A stretch of DNA of 64,000 nucleotides, taken from assembly GCA_050485685.1 (NCBI GenBank), contig JBJHBW010000015.1, positions 7,733 to 71,732 of the forward strand, in the 5' to 3' direction. Origin of the DNA: Gammaproteobacteria bacterium (lineage in GTDB: Bacteria; Pseudomonadota; Gammaproteobacteria; Steroidobacterales; Rariloculaceae). Shown here piece after piece: positions 1 to 10,298 of this stretch; within the stretch, counting starts at the first letter, position 1; each line of letters opens with the position of its first letter. The notes below the pieces were generated by a model, which saw nothing but the letters and a program-made list of their open reading frames with translations, ran no database searches and was not told the origin of the DNA. Made by a program: the position numbers and the translations under genes.

Positions 1-1
1 G

Positions 2-1609
2 CTCCTCGCCGGTCAGGAATGGGAACAGATTGCCGAGACGCTCACGGAGCGGTACGAGCGCCTTTACACCCGTGTTGCCCAGCTGACCTCCGACGACGTC
101 TTCGAAACCTATCTCAACGCCGTGGCACATACGATAGACCCTCACTCGAGCTATCTGTCTCCGCGTCAGAGCGAGGAGTACCAGATCTCCATGAGCCTGT
201 CGTATGACGGCATCGGCGCCTCACTTCAGACCCAGGACGACTATGTCGTCATCGTCGATCTGATCGCGGGCGGTCCCGCGCAGATTGACGGCACCCTGCG
301 TCCGCAGGACAGGATCATGGCCGTGGCCGAAGGTCCGGATGGTGAGTTCGTGGAAGTGATCGGCATGCGCCTGGACGATGTGGTGCGCAAGATCCGGGGC
401 CCGGGCGGAACCATGATCCGACTCCGCGTACTGCCTGCCGGTGCTTCGCCGGGATCACCTGAGCGCGTCATCGACCTGATCCGTGACAAGGTTCGCCTCG
501 AGGAACAGGCTGCGAAGAGCGAGCTGATGGAAGTGCAGCTGGATGACGAAACCTATCGTATCGGTGTCATCCGACTGCCCAGCTTTTATCAGGACTTTGC
601 CGCGCGAACCCGAGGTGACGAGGACTATCGCAGTACGACACGGGACGTGGCCCGCCTTCTGATCGAGCTCCAGGAACAGGGCATAGACGGTCTGGTCATG
701 GACCTGCGGCAGAATGGTGGCGGTCATCTTTCCGAAGCCACTGAACTCAGTGGTCTGTTCATCGATCGCGGCCCTGTCGTGCAGCTGCGTGAACTGCGCG
801 GGAACGTACAGGTTCTGGATGCGCCGACTGCAGGTCCGTTGTATGACGGTCCGCTGGCAGTGCTTGTCGACCGCTTCAGTGCCAGCGCCTCCGAGATCTT
901 TGCGGCGGCCATACAGGACTACCGACGCGGCATCGTGATCGGTCAGCAGACCTTCGGCAAAGGCTCCGTGCAGAACCTTTTCAATCTGGATCGGGTCATG
1001 CGCGGCAGCGATAACGGACAACTGACGCTGACTGTTGGCAAGTACTATCGCGTCACGGGCGAAAGCACCCAGCACCGTGGCGTGATCCCGGATATCGAGC
1101 TGCCATCGCTGGTCGATACCACTGTCGTCGGTGAGAGCGCGCGAGACACCGCCCTGCCCTGGGACCGCATCGAATCAACGCGCTTCCGTGCCCGAGCACC
1201 GCTGAATACAGCGATAGAAGCGCTTACGGTGCAGCACAGCATGCGAACGGCAAACGACCCGAATTTCCAGTACCTGCTGCGTAACGTCGAGGCAAGTGAA
1301 ATTCAGCGCAGCCGTACGAGCATCTCGCTGAATCTGGACGAACGCCGGGCTGAACTGGAGCGCGAGGAAGCCCTGGCTCTGGAGCGGGAGAACGACCGGC
1401 GCGTAGCCCTTGGCCTTGAGCCACTGGCGTCGCTGGAGGAGCTGGAACAGGATCCGGGAACCATAGACAAGATCCTGCTGGATCAGGCCACCCGCCTGGT
1501 GGCGGAGATGGCGGTTCTGGAACAGCTCACACCAGTGCAGCGCCGGCTGCTGACTGGCACAGCAGGTGCGGCGACACCCGCGAGCCCGGAAAGCGAAACC
1601 CGCCGTTAG
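2..1609 (+). CDS. prc: Carboxy-terminal processing protease (tail-specific protease, S41 family), 5'-truncated by window edge
   Basis: Frame open from position 2 (LLAGQEWEQ...). DPHSSYLSP, GIGA, PDZ segment, DLRQNGGG, catalytic SASASEIF and TFGKGSVQ motifs. Confidence 0.92.
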   Translation, partial: LLAGQEWEQIAETLTERYERLYTRVAQLTSDDVFETYLNAVAHTIDPHSSYLSPRQSEEYQISMSLSYDGIGASLQTQDDYVVIVDLIAGGPAQIDGTLRPQDRIMAVAEGPDGEFVEVIGMRLDDVVRKIRGPGGTMIRLRVLPAGASPGSPERVIDLIRDKVRLEEQAAKSELMEVQLDDETYRIGVIRLPSFYQDFAARTRGDEDYRSTTRDVARLLIELQEQGIDGLVMDLRQNGGGHLSEATELSGLFIDRGPVVQLRELRGNVQVLDAPTAGPLYDGPLAVLVDRFSASASEIFAAAIQDYRRGIVIGQQTFGKGSVQNLFNLDRVMRGSDNGQLTLTVGKYYRVTGESTQHRGVIPDIELPSLVDTTVVGESARDTALPWDRIESTRFRARAPLNTAIEALTVQHSMRTANDPNFQYLLRNVEASEIQRSRTSISLNLDERRAELEREEALALERENDRRVALGLEPLASLEELEQDPGTIDKILLDQATRLVAEMAVLEQLTPVQRRLLTGTAGAATPASPESETRR

Positions 1610-2664
1610 CGCATTACCGAGAAGATATCCCAGTAATCATCGGCCAGGACATTGACGCGCAGTGGCGCGTCACTTGTCCTGCGGGATGGTTTGTCGCGGG
1701 CCTTGTCCAACCTGGGAAGTATCGACTCCAGACTCTCCATCATCGGCACCGAATCGGCATCGTTCCGATAACTGACCTGAGTCGCCCGCAGGAAATCCGC
1801 CCGGCGCTTCACCTGTTCGCTAAGGTCTTTCTGATTTCTGAGCTCGTCTATCATGGCGCGGATTCGCTCCACCATTCGGTCGCAATCGCGCCGGTCACCG
1901 AATTTCATGTCTCCGACAGCCCGTTGGGTGGACGTTCTGGCCAATGACGCAAGATCGTGTTCGGAGAAATGAAGCACCAGATACTGAGCCAGCGCGATCA
2001 CTGCAACGTTGACCAGCCGGCGACTCTCGATTGAGAGTTCTTCCGGCTCCGGCAATGGCTCGCCTTCGATCTTCTCGGTAAGTTCCCTGAACTCCTCGAG
2101 TCGCGCCTCGAGCACGCGAATGCCATTACGCAGGCCGCGTACACGGCGTTTCAGCCCCGGTCCGCGGAAAAACCTTGCCAGCACATTCATCTGCTCCAGT
2201 CGACGTTCCAGATCGCTGATCTCCGCCGCGACTCGCTTTCGCTTCACGAACAGACCCTGGATCTTCTCGTCCACCGCATCAAGTCGCCGACGACGCTTCG
2301 CCAGCGCTGATTCGTGAAGCTGCGCTCGCTCGCGCTTCATGCGCTGTGCTTCGAGCTCATTGGCGAACTGCTCAAGCCGCTGCACACCGATTCGCCACAG
2401 GTGGCGCAATTGGAAATACACCATGGCATTCGCCGCTGCCAGCGGATTCGTCAGCAGCTTTTCCAGACCATCCAGCTGCTCACGGGCGCGTACGATGGCA
2501 CCTTCGTGGTCCTTGAGCTTATCGAGAAGATCGTGCCGCTCGCGCCGCAGGGCACGAAGCTCCCGCTTCACGGACGCACGGTTCCAGTAAAGCTTCAGCA
2601 GCTGTTCATTGGGGCCTGCCGAGTCCGGCCTGGCCAGTAGTCCCGTCAACATTATCCGTGCCAC
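1606..2664 (-). CDS. Hypothetical coiled-coil-rich protein
   Basis: 352 aa ORF with long Leu/Glu/Arg heptad-like stretches. Its stop overlaps the prc stop; start could be GTG 2664 or ATG 2652. Confidence 0.7.
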   Translation of the reverse strand: MARIMLTGLLARPDSAGPNEQLLKLYWNRASVKRELRALRRERHDLLDKLKDHEGAIVRAREQLDGLEKLLTNPLAAANAMVYFQLRHLWRIGVQRLEQFANELEAQRMKRERAQLHESALAKRRRRLDAVDEKIQGLFVKRKRVAAEISDLERRLEQMNVLARFFRGPGLKRRVRGLRNGIRVLEARLEEFRELTEKIEGEPLPEPEELSIESRRLVNVAVIALAQYLVLHFSEHDLASLARTSTQRAVGDMKFGDRRDCDRMVERIRAMIDELRNQKDLSEQVKRRADFLRATQVSYRNDADSVPMMESLESILPRLDKARDKPSRRTSDAPLRVNVLADDYWDIFSVMR

Positions 2665-2752
2665 CGCAGAGCCGCGCCCTATCGCATTGCACTGCGAAAT
2701 ATATAGGGATCCGGGCGCGGAAACCGTGATTCACCGCAAGGAACCGGCCCGT

Positions 2753-3211
2753 TCAGGCCGGCAGCAGCTCGTGATTCATATCGAGCAGATAGTCCAGCCA
2801 CTTGTTGAACATCACGTTCACTTTCCATCGACGTCCCAGTTCCGCCGAATGGGCGCTGGCCAGCTCCACCAGCTTGTGATGATGATGACAGTCGCTGACG
2901 CAGACCGCCTCAACAAGGCGTGCATCGTGATACACGCGAAGTGTCAGGTCGGGATCGGCGATGAACCCCTTGTCGGGCAGTTCGAACCGGTAGGTCAGCA
3001 GTAGTGTGGTCGTGTAAGGCTCGCGGCGCATCACATCCAGAAACAGATCGCAGTCCCGTCGCGATCGCGACCGGTACTGCCCGGACTGCGGAAAATCGTC
3101 GCCGATCAGCTGCGTCCACTTGATGTAGTTGCTCTCATAGACGGTCATCAGCCCCGAAAAGCTTCCGGGCCGATAGATACACTCCGGTATGATCAGACTG
3201 TCTGCCAACAT
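2753..3211 (-). CDS. DUF1249 (YqiB-like) protein
   Basis: LMTVYESNY, YTTTLLLTY, DPDLTLRVYHDARLVE and RWKVNVMFNKWLDYLL match the DUF1249 pattern. Start set at ATG 3211. Confidence 0.8.
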   Translation of the reverse strand: MLADSLIIPECIYRPGSFSGLMTVYESNYIKWTQLIGDDFPQSGQYRSRSRRDCDLFLDVMRREPYTTTLLLTYRFELPDKGFIADPDLTLRVYHDARLVEAVCVSDCHHHHKLVELASAHSAELGRRWKVNVMFNKWLDYLLDMNHELLPA

Positions 3212-3283
3212 CGGATCGAGCATGCCACAAGCCGCAATCATCCACCAAGACTTGACAATCAGGCCGATCGATCCTGCCGGCTG

Positions 3284-3829
3284 TCACAGTTTCAGCAGGT
3301 GTTCCCTGTATACCGACAGCTCGCGAATGGAGTCATAGATGTCCGCAGACGCCAGGTGGGTTGGCTCTTTCTGCACTTTCGCAGCGACATCAGGCGCCCA
3401 GAGCTGGGCGAGAATTTTCAGTGTCGTAACATCCAGGTTCCGATAGTGAAAAAACGCGGCAAGCTCGGGCATGTGACGGACCAGGAAACGACGATCCTGA
3501 CATATGCTGTTACCGCACATCGGAGAAGCACCCTGGTCCACATACTTTCGCAGGAACTCCAGCGTCGCCTGTTCGGCCTCACGTTCGGTCACACTGCTGG
3601 CCCGAACGCGTTCCACAAGACCCGACTGGCCATGCTGGCGCGTATTCCATTCGTCCATGCGGCCGAGCACTTCGTCGGACTGATGAATCGCGAACAGTGG
3701 CCCCTCGGCAAGCACCGCCAGGTTCCTGTCGGTCACCACCGTGGCAATCTCGATAATGAAATCTTTGTCGGGATCGAGTCCGGTCATCTCCAGATCGATC
3801 CATACCAGGTTGTCTTTCAGTCTCACCAC
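3284..3829 (-). CDS. orn: Oligoribonuclease
   Basis: [36 protein letters not shown] motifs. Confidence 0.97.
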   Translation of the reverse strand: MVRLKDNLVWIDLEMTGLDPDKDFIIEIATVVTDRNLAVLAEGPLFAIHQSDEVLGRMDEWNTRQHGQSGLVERVRASSVTEREAEQATLEFLRKYVDQGASPMCGNSICQDRRFLVRHMPELAAFFHYRNLDVTTLKILAQLWAPDVAAKVQKEPTHLASADIYDSIRELSVYREHLLKL

Positions 3830-3884
3830 GTCTCCTTTCCGTCATGATTGTAGCAGTGAGCAGTACGACACAGGTGGGAGCGCT

Positions 3885-4790
3885 ATGAGCCTGACCGGCC
3901 TGGTCGTCGCCCGTTACCGCAAACATGTGGACGTGCGCGACATCGAGGGCCAGCGGCACCTGTGCCAGACGCTCGGACGAAGGCTGTCCCCTGTCGCCGG
4001 CGATGAGGTTGAATGGACGCTGCAGGACGACGGCACAGGGATCGTGACGGCAATCAAGCCGCGGCGCACAGAACTGGCGCGTACCGACAGCCGTGGCAAC
4101 CGGGAGGTGATCGTGGCCAACCTGACCTCGCTGGTTGTCGTGACGGCGGCGCGACCGGCACCGGACTGGTCGGTCGTGGACCGCTACCTGGCGGCGGCAC
4201 GCCTGATGAACCTGCCCGCAGTGATTGTGTACAACAAGACCGATCTCGAACCGTCGGACCCTGAAGCCACACGACGATGCCTTTCGGACTATGAACGCAT
4301 TGGCTATCGGGTATTCCGGACCTCGACCATCACCGCCACTGGCGTCGCTGCGCTTGCCGGGGTGATGTCCGGTGAACGATGCGCGCTCGTCGGCCAGTCG
4401 GGGGTAGGAAAGTCATCGCTGACGAATGCACTGACGGGCCAGTCGCTGCAGTCGGTGGGCGGTTTGTCCGCGAAGGGCGATCACGGCCGGCACACGACCA
4501 CGACTTCGGTACTGCACGAACTGCCTGGCGGCGGCGAACTGGTGGACTCGCCCGGAGTGCGCGCCTATACGCCGCATATCAGCAATCTCCCGGACCTGCA
4601 TTTCGGATTCGCCGAATTTGCAGAACTGACCGGACAATGCCGGTTCGCCGACTGCCGTCATATCGAGGAACCGGAGTGCACGATTCGTGCTGCAGTCGCC
4701 AGCGGCGCTATCAGCAGGCGGCGCTATGAGAGCTATCTGAATCTGCTGGCAATCGTCGAGAGACTGACGGACAGACGCCCACGCACGTAA
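3885..4790 (+). CDS. rsgA: Ribosome small subunit-dependent GTPase A
   Basis: Circularly permuted GTPase motifs NKTD, GQSGVGKSSL, GRHTTT, DSPG; Zn site CRFADCRHIEEPEC. ATG 3885 follows a GGGAG RBS. Confidence 0.95.
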   Translation: MSLTGLVVARYRKHVDVRDIEGQRHLCQTLGRRLSPVAGDEVEWTLQDDGTGIVTAIKPRRTELARTDSRGNREVIVANLTSLVVVTAARPAPDWSVVDRYLAAARLMNLPAVIVYNKTDLEPSDPEATRRCLSDYERIGYRVFRTSTITATGVAALAGVMSGERCALVGQSGVGKSSLTNALTGQSLQSVGGLSAKGDHGRHTTTTSVLHELPGGGELVDSPGVRAYTPHISNLPDLHFGFAEFAELTGQCRFADCRHIEEPECTIRAAVASGAISRRRYESYLNLLAIVERLTDRRPRT

Positions 4791-4865
4791 CCACGCAAGC
4801 ACGGGTTTCTCGCAAAACAGCCGTTGGCGCTTCGCGTTCGCCTCGTACCGCGGATGGGACGGGCT

Positions 4866-5219
4866 TCAGCCCAGCTCACCTTTCATCGCCCGCCCGCCCA
4901 ACAGATGCAGGTGTGCGTGAAAAACCACCTGCCCGCCCTCACGGTTCACGTTCATCGCGACACGATAGCCCGGCAGCGCAAGCTCATTCGCAACTGCCCT
5001 GGCGGCAAGCATGAGCCTGCCCGCAAGCTGCAGGTGGGCCTCATCGAAATCGTTCAGTGTGGCGAGGTGAATCCTGGGCACCAGCAGACAATGCACCGGC
5101 GCCTGCGGTCTGATGTCTCGAAACCCGAGCACCTCGTCATCCTCATAAACGCGTTGCGCCGGAAGCTTACCGGCAACAATGCGGCAGAAAAGACAATCGC
5201 GGCTGTCACTTTCGCTCAT
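4866..5219 (-). CDS. hinT: Histidine triad (HIT) nucleotide-binding protein
   Basis: DCLFCRI, DIRPQAPVH and the HAHLH triad. Confidence 0.9.
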   Translation of the reverse strand: MSESDSRDCLFCRIVAGKLPAQRVYEDDEVLGFRDIRPQAPVHCLLVPRIHLATLNDFDEAHLQLAGRLMLAARAVANELALPGYRVAMNVNREGGQVVFHAHLHLLGGRAMKGELG

Positions 5220-5848
5220 TGTGAGTATTCCTGATCGCCAACTTCGAGTTCCCGCCGACCGGACAGCGCGCGTGAAAGTGTGCCACTGTCGATGAACTCC
5301 AGCTCACCACCCATGGGCACACCGTAAGCGATGCGGCTGGCGCGAATGCCATGGCGTCGCGCCAGCGTCGCTATCAGGTGCGCAGTGGCATCGCCCTCGA
5401 CTGTTACGCTGGTAGCCAGTACCACTTCGCTGATGCTCTCCTCTGCGAAGCGCTGCTCCAGAAGTTCCATGCCGAGCTCCGCAGGCCCTATGCCATCCAG
5501 AGGCGACAGATGACCCATCAGGACGAAGTAACGTCCACGGAATGCGCCCGAATTCTCTATTGCCAGCAGATCCGCCGGCGTCTCCAGCACGCAAAGCTTG
5601 CTGCTGTCCCGGGTGTGACTGCTGCAAAGCGCGCATACAGGCGCCTCGGTCAGCATGCGACAGACACTGCAATGCTGAATACGACGGGCCGCTTCATCCA
5701 GCACTTTCGCAAGCTTCAGCGCCGCGTCGCGATCACGATCCAGCAGATGCAGGGCCATGCGCTGCGCAGAGCGCGATCCCACGCCCGGCATACACTGCAA
5801 TGCCTTGACCAGCTGCTGCAGCAATGGCGAATAGCCGTAATCGCTCAT
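5216..5848 (-). CDS. recR: Recombination mediator RecR
   Basis: PGVGSRSAQR, Cys4 Zn finger CSVC...CALC, Toprim HLSPLDGIGP, GVPMGGELEF. Start trimmed to ATG 5848. Confidence 0.96.
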   Translation of the reverse strand: MSDYGYSPLLQQLVKALQCMPGVGSRSAQRMALHLLDRDRDAALKLAKVLDEAARRIQHCSVCRMLTEAPVCALCSSHTRDSSKLCVLETPADLLAIENSGAFRGRYFVLMGHLSPLDGIGPAELGMELLEQRFAEESISEVVLATSVTVEGDATAHLIATLARRHGIRASRIAYGVPMGGELEFIDSGTLSRALSGRRELEVGDQEYSQ

Positions 5849-5900
5849 GAAAACCGATGGTATCCGCAGATGAGGCTGAACACGATCATGACGGCACAAT

Positions 5901-6227
5901 TCAGAATGGCAGCTTGAAACCCTGAGGCAGCGGCAGGCCACCCGTCAGAGACGACATCTTTTCCTGCACCGTCGACTCGACCTTGCGATTCGCGTCATTG
6001 ATGGCGGCGGCCACGAGATCCTCGAGCATCTCCTTGTCTTCACTCATAAGGCCGCTTTCGATGTTCACGCCGCGCACATCGTACTTGCATGTCATGCGCA
6101 CCTTGACCATTCCGCCACCGGACTCCCCTTCGACCTCAAGCGATGCAAGCTCCTCCTGTGCCCTCTGCATGTTGGCCTGCATCTCCTGAGCCTGCTTCAT
6201 CAATTGGCCCAAGCCTTTCATCGTCAC
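5901..6227 (-). CDS. ybaB: YbaB/EbfC nucleoid-associated protein
   Basis: [27 protein letters not shown]; lies between dnaX and recR. Confidence 0.95.
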   Translation of the reverse strand: MTMKGLGQLMKQAQEMQANMQRAQEELASLEVEGESGGGMVKVRMTCKYDVRGVNIESGLMSEDKEMLEDLVAAAINDANRKVESTVQEKMSSLTGGLPLPQGFKLPF

Positions 6228-7963
6228 CTCTCCGTCCCTGATTCCAGTGGTTGAATGCTGTCCGCCTCGACGACCGCATCGAATGCGGAACGCAACGCGT
6301 TGACATTGGCATCCTGTTCAATCGTCTCGCGTGCCTCGCGCATGCGCCTTGTCTCATTCGCTTCGCGAACATCGGCAGGCGTGGGTCGAGGTGGCTCGCC
6401 GGTCGTGATTCGCAACTTCAGCGTTCCGCCCAGATGATCCGCCAGCGCCGCTTCCAGCCGCGCATGTATGCGCTCGGTAAGCAGATGCGCCCTTTCCGTG
6501 CGCAGCACGAGTTCGATCCTGCCCGGAGCGACCCTGCTGACTTCGCAGTGGTCGGCCAGCTGACGCGCCATACCGCGAACTTCAGCAGCCTGCAGCAGGG
6601 CTGGCCAGCCTCCGGCTGGTAGTCCCGGCACTTCGCCTGTATGGCCGCCGGCATCCGCACCCTCGTTCCCGCGGATCATACTCTGCCCTTCGGCGGCCTC
6701 TGCCGCGGCCGGCACTGTGGGACGCGGGGCCTGCGTGCGCTGCGGAGCTACGGCCTGATCCTGCTCGACAGAGCGACTCCGTCCAGCCGGCTCAGCCGCC
6801 GCCTGCGCTGACTGCGCCACCCGCTGCACTCGTGTGGTCGTCGAGGCACGCCGAGGCGGCGCTGAGGCCGGCTCGCCGTCGTCTGCAAGCGGATGAAACG
6901 CCAGCATGCGCAGCAGCGTCATCTCGAACCCTACGCGGCCGTCGTGGCACCAGGCCAGATCACGCCGCCCGTTCAGGGCAATCTGAAAGTAAAGCTGAAC
7001 CTCCTCCGGACTGAACCGGCTGGCAAGGGGTTCAAGTTCCGCCGCATCGCTATCCGGATCCCGCTCCCCCACCAGCTGAATCACCGCAATACGCTGCAAC
7101 GCGCTCATCAGGGCATCGAGGGCCGTCTCATGGTCCGCGGCCTGCTGATCGAGCGCCGCAGCCTCCTGCAGGAGCGCCGCTCCATCCCGCTCGGCCAACG
7201 CCTCGAGAATGCGCAGAACCTGTGAACGGTCGATCGTACCGAGCATGGCACGCACATTGTCAGCCGTTACTGCACCGCCGCCGAACGCGATCGCCTGATC
7301 GAGCAGACTCTGCGCGTCACGCATGCTGCCCGCAGCGGCTTCCGCCAGCGCACCAAGGCCGTCCTGTTCTGCCGACACCTGCTCACTGTCACAGATGCTG
7401 GCAAGCTGGTCGCGAATCTGACTCACCGTAAGCTTCTTCAGATTGAACTGCAGGCATCGTGACAACACGGTCACTGGAAGTTTCTGGGGGTCGGTGGTCG
7501 CCAGCAGAAACTTCACATGCGGCGGAGGCTCCTCCAGCGTCTTGAGCAGTGCATTGAAGGAATGCGTGGACAGCATGTGCACCTCGTCTATCAGGTACAC
7601 CTTGAAACGACCGCGCGTGGGTGCGTATTGCACATTATCAAGCAGCTCGCGGGTGTCGTCCACGCGAGTGCGCGATGCAGCGTCCACTTCTATCAGATCG
7701 ACGAAGCGTCCCTGATCGATCGCGACGCAGTTGTCGCACGTGCCGCAGGGTTCTGTTGCGATGCCCTGTTCACAATTGAGCGCCTTGGCCAGGATGCGTG
7801 CGACCGTGGTCTTTCCCACGCCACGGGTGCCGGCGAACAGGTAGGCGTGGTGCAGCCGCTCGGCGGCAAGCGAGTTCACCAGCGCCTGCACCACGTGCTG
7901 CTGGCCGACGAGGTCCCCGAACCGGCGGGGACGCCACTTCAATGCCAGAACCGTGTAATTCAC
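6224..7963 (-). CDS. dnaX: DNA polymerase III subunit gamma/tau
   Basis: [26 protein letters not shown] motif, tau C-terminal domain. GTG start. Confidence 0.97.
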   Translation of the reverse strand: MNYTVLALKWRPRRFGDLVGQQHVVQALVNSLAAERLHHAYLFAGTRGVGKTTVARILAKALNCEQGIATEPCGTCDNCVAIDQGRFVDLIEVDAASRTRVDDTRELLDNVQYAPTRGRFKVYLIDEVHMLSTHSFNALLKTLEEPPPHVKFLLATTDPQKLPVTVLSRCLQFNLKKLTVSQIRDQLASICDSEQVSAEQDGLGALAEAAAGSMRDAQSLLDQAIAFGGGAVTADNVRAMLGTIDRSQVLRILEALAERDGAALLQEAAALDQQAADHETALDALMSALQRIAVIQLVGERDPDSDAAELEPLASRFSPEEVQLYFQIALNGRRDLAWCHDGRVGFEMTLLRMLAFHPLADDGEPASAPPRRASTTTRVQRVAQSAQAAAEPAGRSRSVEQDQAVAPQRTQAPRPTVPAAAEAAEGQSMIRGNEGADAGGHTGEVPGLPAGGWPALLQAAEVRGMARQLADHCEVSRVAPGRIELVLRTERAHLLTERIHARLEAALADHLGGTLKLRITTGEPPRPTPADVREANETRRMREARETIEQDANVNALRSAFDAVVEADSIQPLESGTER

Positions 7964-7997
7964 AGGAACAGTGCCGAGACCTCGTTCAGGAAATGAA

Positions 7998-8103
7998 GAT
8001 CCGCGTCAGCCCGACCCCGGCGCCCGACCTGGCCGCTACCGCTGCTCCCTTCCGGGCCTGACGGAGTTCACGGCTGGTCGTCGCGGGGGAACCGACGCGG
8101 ACC
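7998..8103 (-). ncRNA. ffs: Signal recognition particle RNA (4.5S, small bacterial type)
   Basis: Minus strand contains TCAGGCCCGGAAGGGAGCAGC (conserved helix-8 motif with GGAA loop). Terminal stem CCGCGTC/GACGCGG; upstream of dnaX as is usual. Confidence 0.93.
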
Positions 8104-8145
8104 AGCGGGTACTTTACCAGCCCGCAAGGATGGGCGCACAGGCGT

Positions 8146-8174
8146 TTGAAAGGTGGGTGACACTGCGTTAATCT
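8146..8174 (+). promoter_or_regulatory. Putative sigma70 promoter for tRNA-Ser
   Basis: TTGAAA-17 bp-TAATCT followed by a GC-rich discriminator. Confidence 0.55.
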
Positions 8175-8200
8175 CGCGCGGCCTGACGGGGCGCGGTTGC

Positions 8201-8291
8201 GGAGAGGTGGCCGAGTGGTCGAAGGCGCTTGATTGGAAGTCAAGTAGGCGGTTACACCGTCTCGTGGGTTCGAATCCCACCCTCTCCGCCA
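8201..8291 (+). tRNA. tRNA-Ser(GGA)
   Basis: Acceptor GGAGAGG/CCTCTCC+GCCA, anticodon arm CTTGA-TT GGA AG-TCAAG, long variable arm, GGTTCGAATCC T-loop. Confidence 0.97.
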
Positions 8292-8371
8292 TTTCCGCAC
8301 TCGCTGAAGGTTTGATACCGGCGGGCACTGGGTTAGCATTGCAGCCTTGATTGCTTCCGGAGTATAGGAAC

Positions 8372-9208
8372 GTGAGCATCCGATTCGCAGCCCCACTGCT
8401 CGCCTTGCTGCTCGCCGCCTGTAGTGGCGGCGATAATTCGACTGCACAGACCGCCGCGCAGGCACCTGCCGGCAACGCGGCCGCTCGCAGCCAGGACAGT
8501 GCCGCGGCATCGGCACCAGCCCAACAGGCCCGTTCGGGCGAGCAGACAGCATCCGCTGCCGTCAGCTCAGACAGCGCGTCCGTTGTTGAATTCGAGGTGG
8601 ACATGGAGGAGCTTGCCGCCAAGGCCGCGGCCGCTTCCCGATTTGAAGCCAACCAGCATTATCGCCGTCTGTCACCGGCACAACCGATCAGCACCGACAC
8701 AGGCCAGATCGAAGTCGCAGAAATCTTCATGTACAGCTGTCCGGGCTGCTACGCGTTCGAACCGCATATCACCCGCTGGAAAGAGCGCAAGGCCGACTAC
8801 ATCAATCTGGTGCGCATCCCGGCCATGTTCCATCGGGTCGCGATCGTGCATGCCCAGGCCTACTACACTGCAGAAGTGCTGGGTATCACCGAGGAAATAC
8901 ACTCGGCCTTTTTCCAGGAGTTCCACGCCAACAACAACATGCTGGATTCGGAGTCATCGTTGCGGCGGTTCTTCGGTCGCTTCGGTGTTTCCGAGGAAGA
9001 TTTCACCAGTGCCTGGAATTCATTCACGGTCCAGTTCCGCATGGAACGCGCCCGTGAGCTGGCCGGTCGCTACACGATAGGCGAAACACCGACAGTGGTC
9101 GTGCACGGCAAGTACGTGATCACTGGCGCGATGGCAGGTTCCTATGACACCTGGTTCGAAATCATCGACGGGCTCGCCGCACGGGAGATGCTCGCGGCGT
9201 CTGAATAG
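8372..9208 (+). CDS. dsbA: DsbA-family thiol:disulfide oxidoreductase, predicted lipoprotein
   Basis: EIFMYSCPGC active site, cis-Pro ETP, VVHGKY; N-terminal lipobox LAAC. GTG 8372 is the preferred start (track start 8351). Confidence 0.8.
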   Translation: MSIRFAAPLLALLLAACSGGDNSTAQTAAQAPAGNAAARSQDSAAASAPAQQARSGEQTASAAVSSDSASVVEFEVDMEELAAKAAAASRFEANQHYRRLSPAQPISTDTGQIEVAEIFMYSCPGCYAFEPHITRWKERKADYINLVRIPAMFHRVAIVHAQAYYTAEVLGITEEIHSAFFQEFHANNNMLDSESSLRRFFGRFGVSEEDFTSAWNSFTVQFRMERARELAGRYTIGETPTVVVHGKYVITGAMAGSYDTWFEIIDGLAAREMLAASE

Positions 9209-9236
9209 CTGTCAGAAGAGCGTCTCTGGAGACATC

Positions 9237-9279
9237 AGGGGCGGGGTGCACCAGCAGGTGCCTCCGCCCTTTTTCTTTT
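9237..9279 (+). terminator. Rho-independent terminator after dsbA
   Basis: Stem AGGGCGG..GCACC/GGTGC..CCGCCCT followed by TTTTCTTTT. Confidence 0.8.
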
Positions 9280-9332
9280 GACGTAAAGTGTCGGGACGTT
9301 GCGGCTTGAGAACAGACCAGCTGCCGTTGTGG

Positions 9333-10298
9333 TCAGGCGCTGAGCACCCGATCGACCCAGTCATCCGCGACTGGACCGTCGCGACCCTCCTCCCCTTCGT
9401 CGACCGCATCGGTGAGCACCGGCACAGCGGCCGGTTCCGTACCCGAGGCATCCGCCTTTTCCGACAGGGAATGTCCGGACTGCTCCTCATAGCCAGCGCG
9501 ACGTACTGCAGCCTCTTCGATATGGCTCACTGTCACCGTTGAGGCCCCCTCCCCTGCGGCAAGTGCCAGTGCTGCATCTCCGATACGGTCCATGACGCGT
9601 GGAACTCCCGCCGAGCACCGGTGCAAAGCTTGCGGCACATCAGTTGACTGCAGGCGGTCCGGATCACCGCCTATGAGTTCGAGCTTGTGTCGCCAGTAAG
9701 CCGCGGCTTCCGCTTCGCCCATAGGGGCGACCTCAACCCGCTGCCGCACGCGCTGACATAACGGCTCCAGTGCCGGTGACAACAGGGTCTCGCGTATGGC
9801 CGCAGTGCCATGCAGCAGCAGGTTCGCGCCTGCGAACCCGGCCGCGTCGCGAGCCGTCAGAATTTCCAGCGCACGCAACACCGAGATATCGGTGGCATCC
9901 GCACGTTCGACAATCACATAAAGTCTGGAAGCGGTCGTCTCCATCTCGCCCAGCGTCTGACGCCAGAGCTGGAGTCGTTCGACCCGAGTAAGCCGGTGAG
10001 CGGCCACACCGAGTTCGGCAAGCAGAAGTTCCGTCAGGTCGCCAGCGTGCAGGCCGACGTCCGTCACTCTGATCGTGGCCTGGCGCGTTCCACCACTCTC
10101 AAGCGCCGCCTGCGTCAGTACCGTCTTACCCACGCCGTGCGGCCCTGTAACCACGGCCACCGAATCGGCGGCACCCAGCCCGAACCCGAGCAGGTCCATG
10201 ACCTTCTGCTCGCGAGCGCCCAGATACAGGCCGTCGGGCGCTGCCAGACCCTGCGCAAGAACAGGTCGCTCGAGTCCGAAATGCTCGTGGTACATCAT
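9333..10298 (-). CDS. ExeA/GspA-like AAA ATPase (AAA_22 type)
   Basis: MYHEHFGL start typical of the ExeA family; Walker A GPHGVGKT; LCQRVRQR; SAGVPRVM sensor region. Confidence 0.75.
   Translation of the reverse strand: MMYHEHFGLERPVLAQGLAAPDGLYLGAREQKVMDLLGFGLGAADSVAVVTGPHGVGKTVLTQAALESGGTRQATIRVTDVGLHAGDLTELLLAELGVAAHRLTRVERLQLWRQTLGEMETTASRLYVIVERADATDISVLRALEILTARDAAGFAGANLLLHGTAAIRETLLSPALEPLCQRVRQRVEVAPMGEAEAAAYWRHKLELIGGDPDRLQSTDVPQALHRCSAGVPRVMDRIGDAALALAAGEGASTVTVSHIEEAAVRRAGYEEQSGHSLSEKADASGTEPAAVPVLTDAVDEGEEGRDGPVADDWVDRVLSA

Noticed and set aside
6224-7963. Programmed -1 frameshift producing the DnaX gamma subunit
   Set aside because: No A-AAA-AAG slippery site was seen on the coding strand.
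9212-9542. Small ORFs 9212-9490 and 9288-9542
   Set aside because: They overlap the dsbA terminator and the ExeA-like gene and have no motifs.
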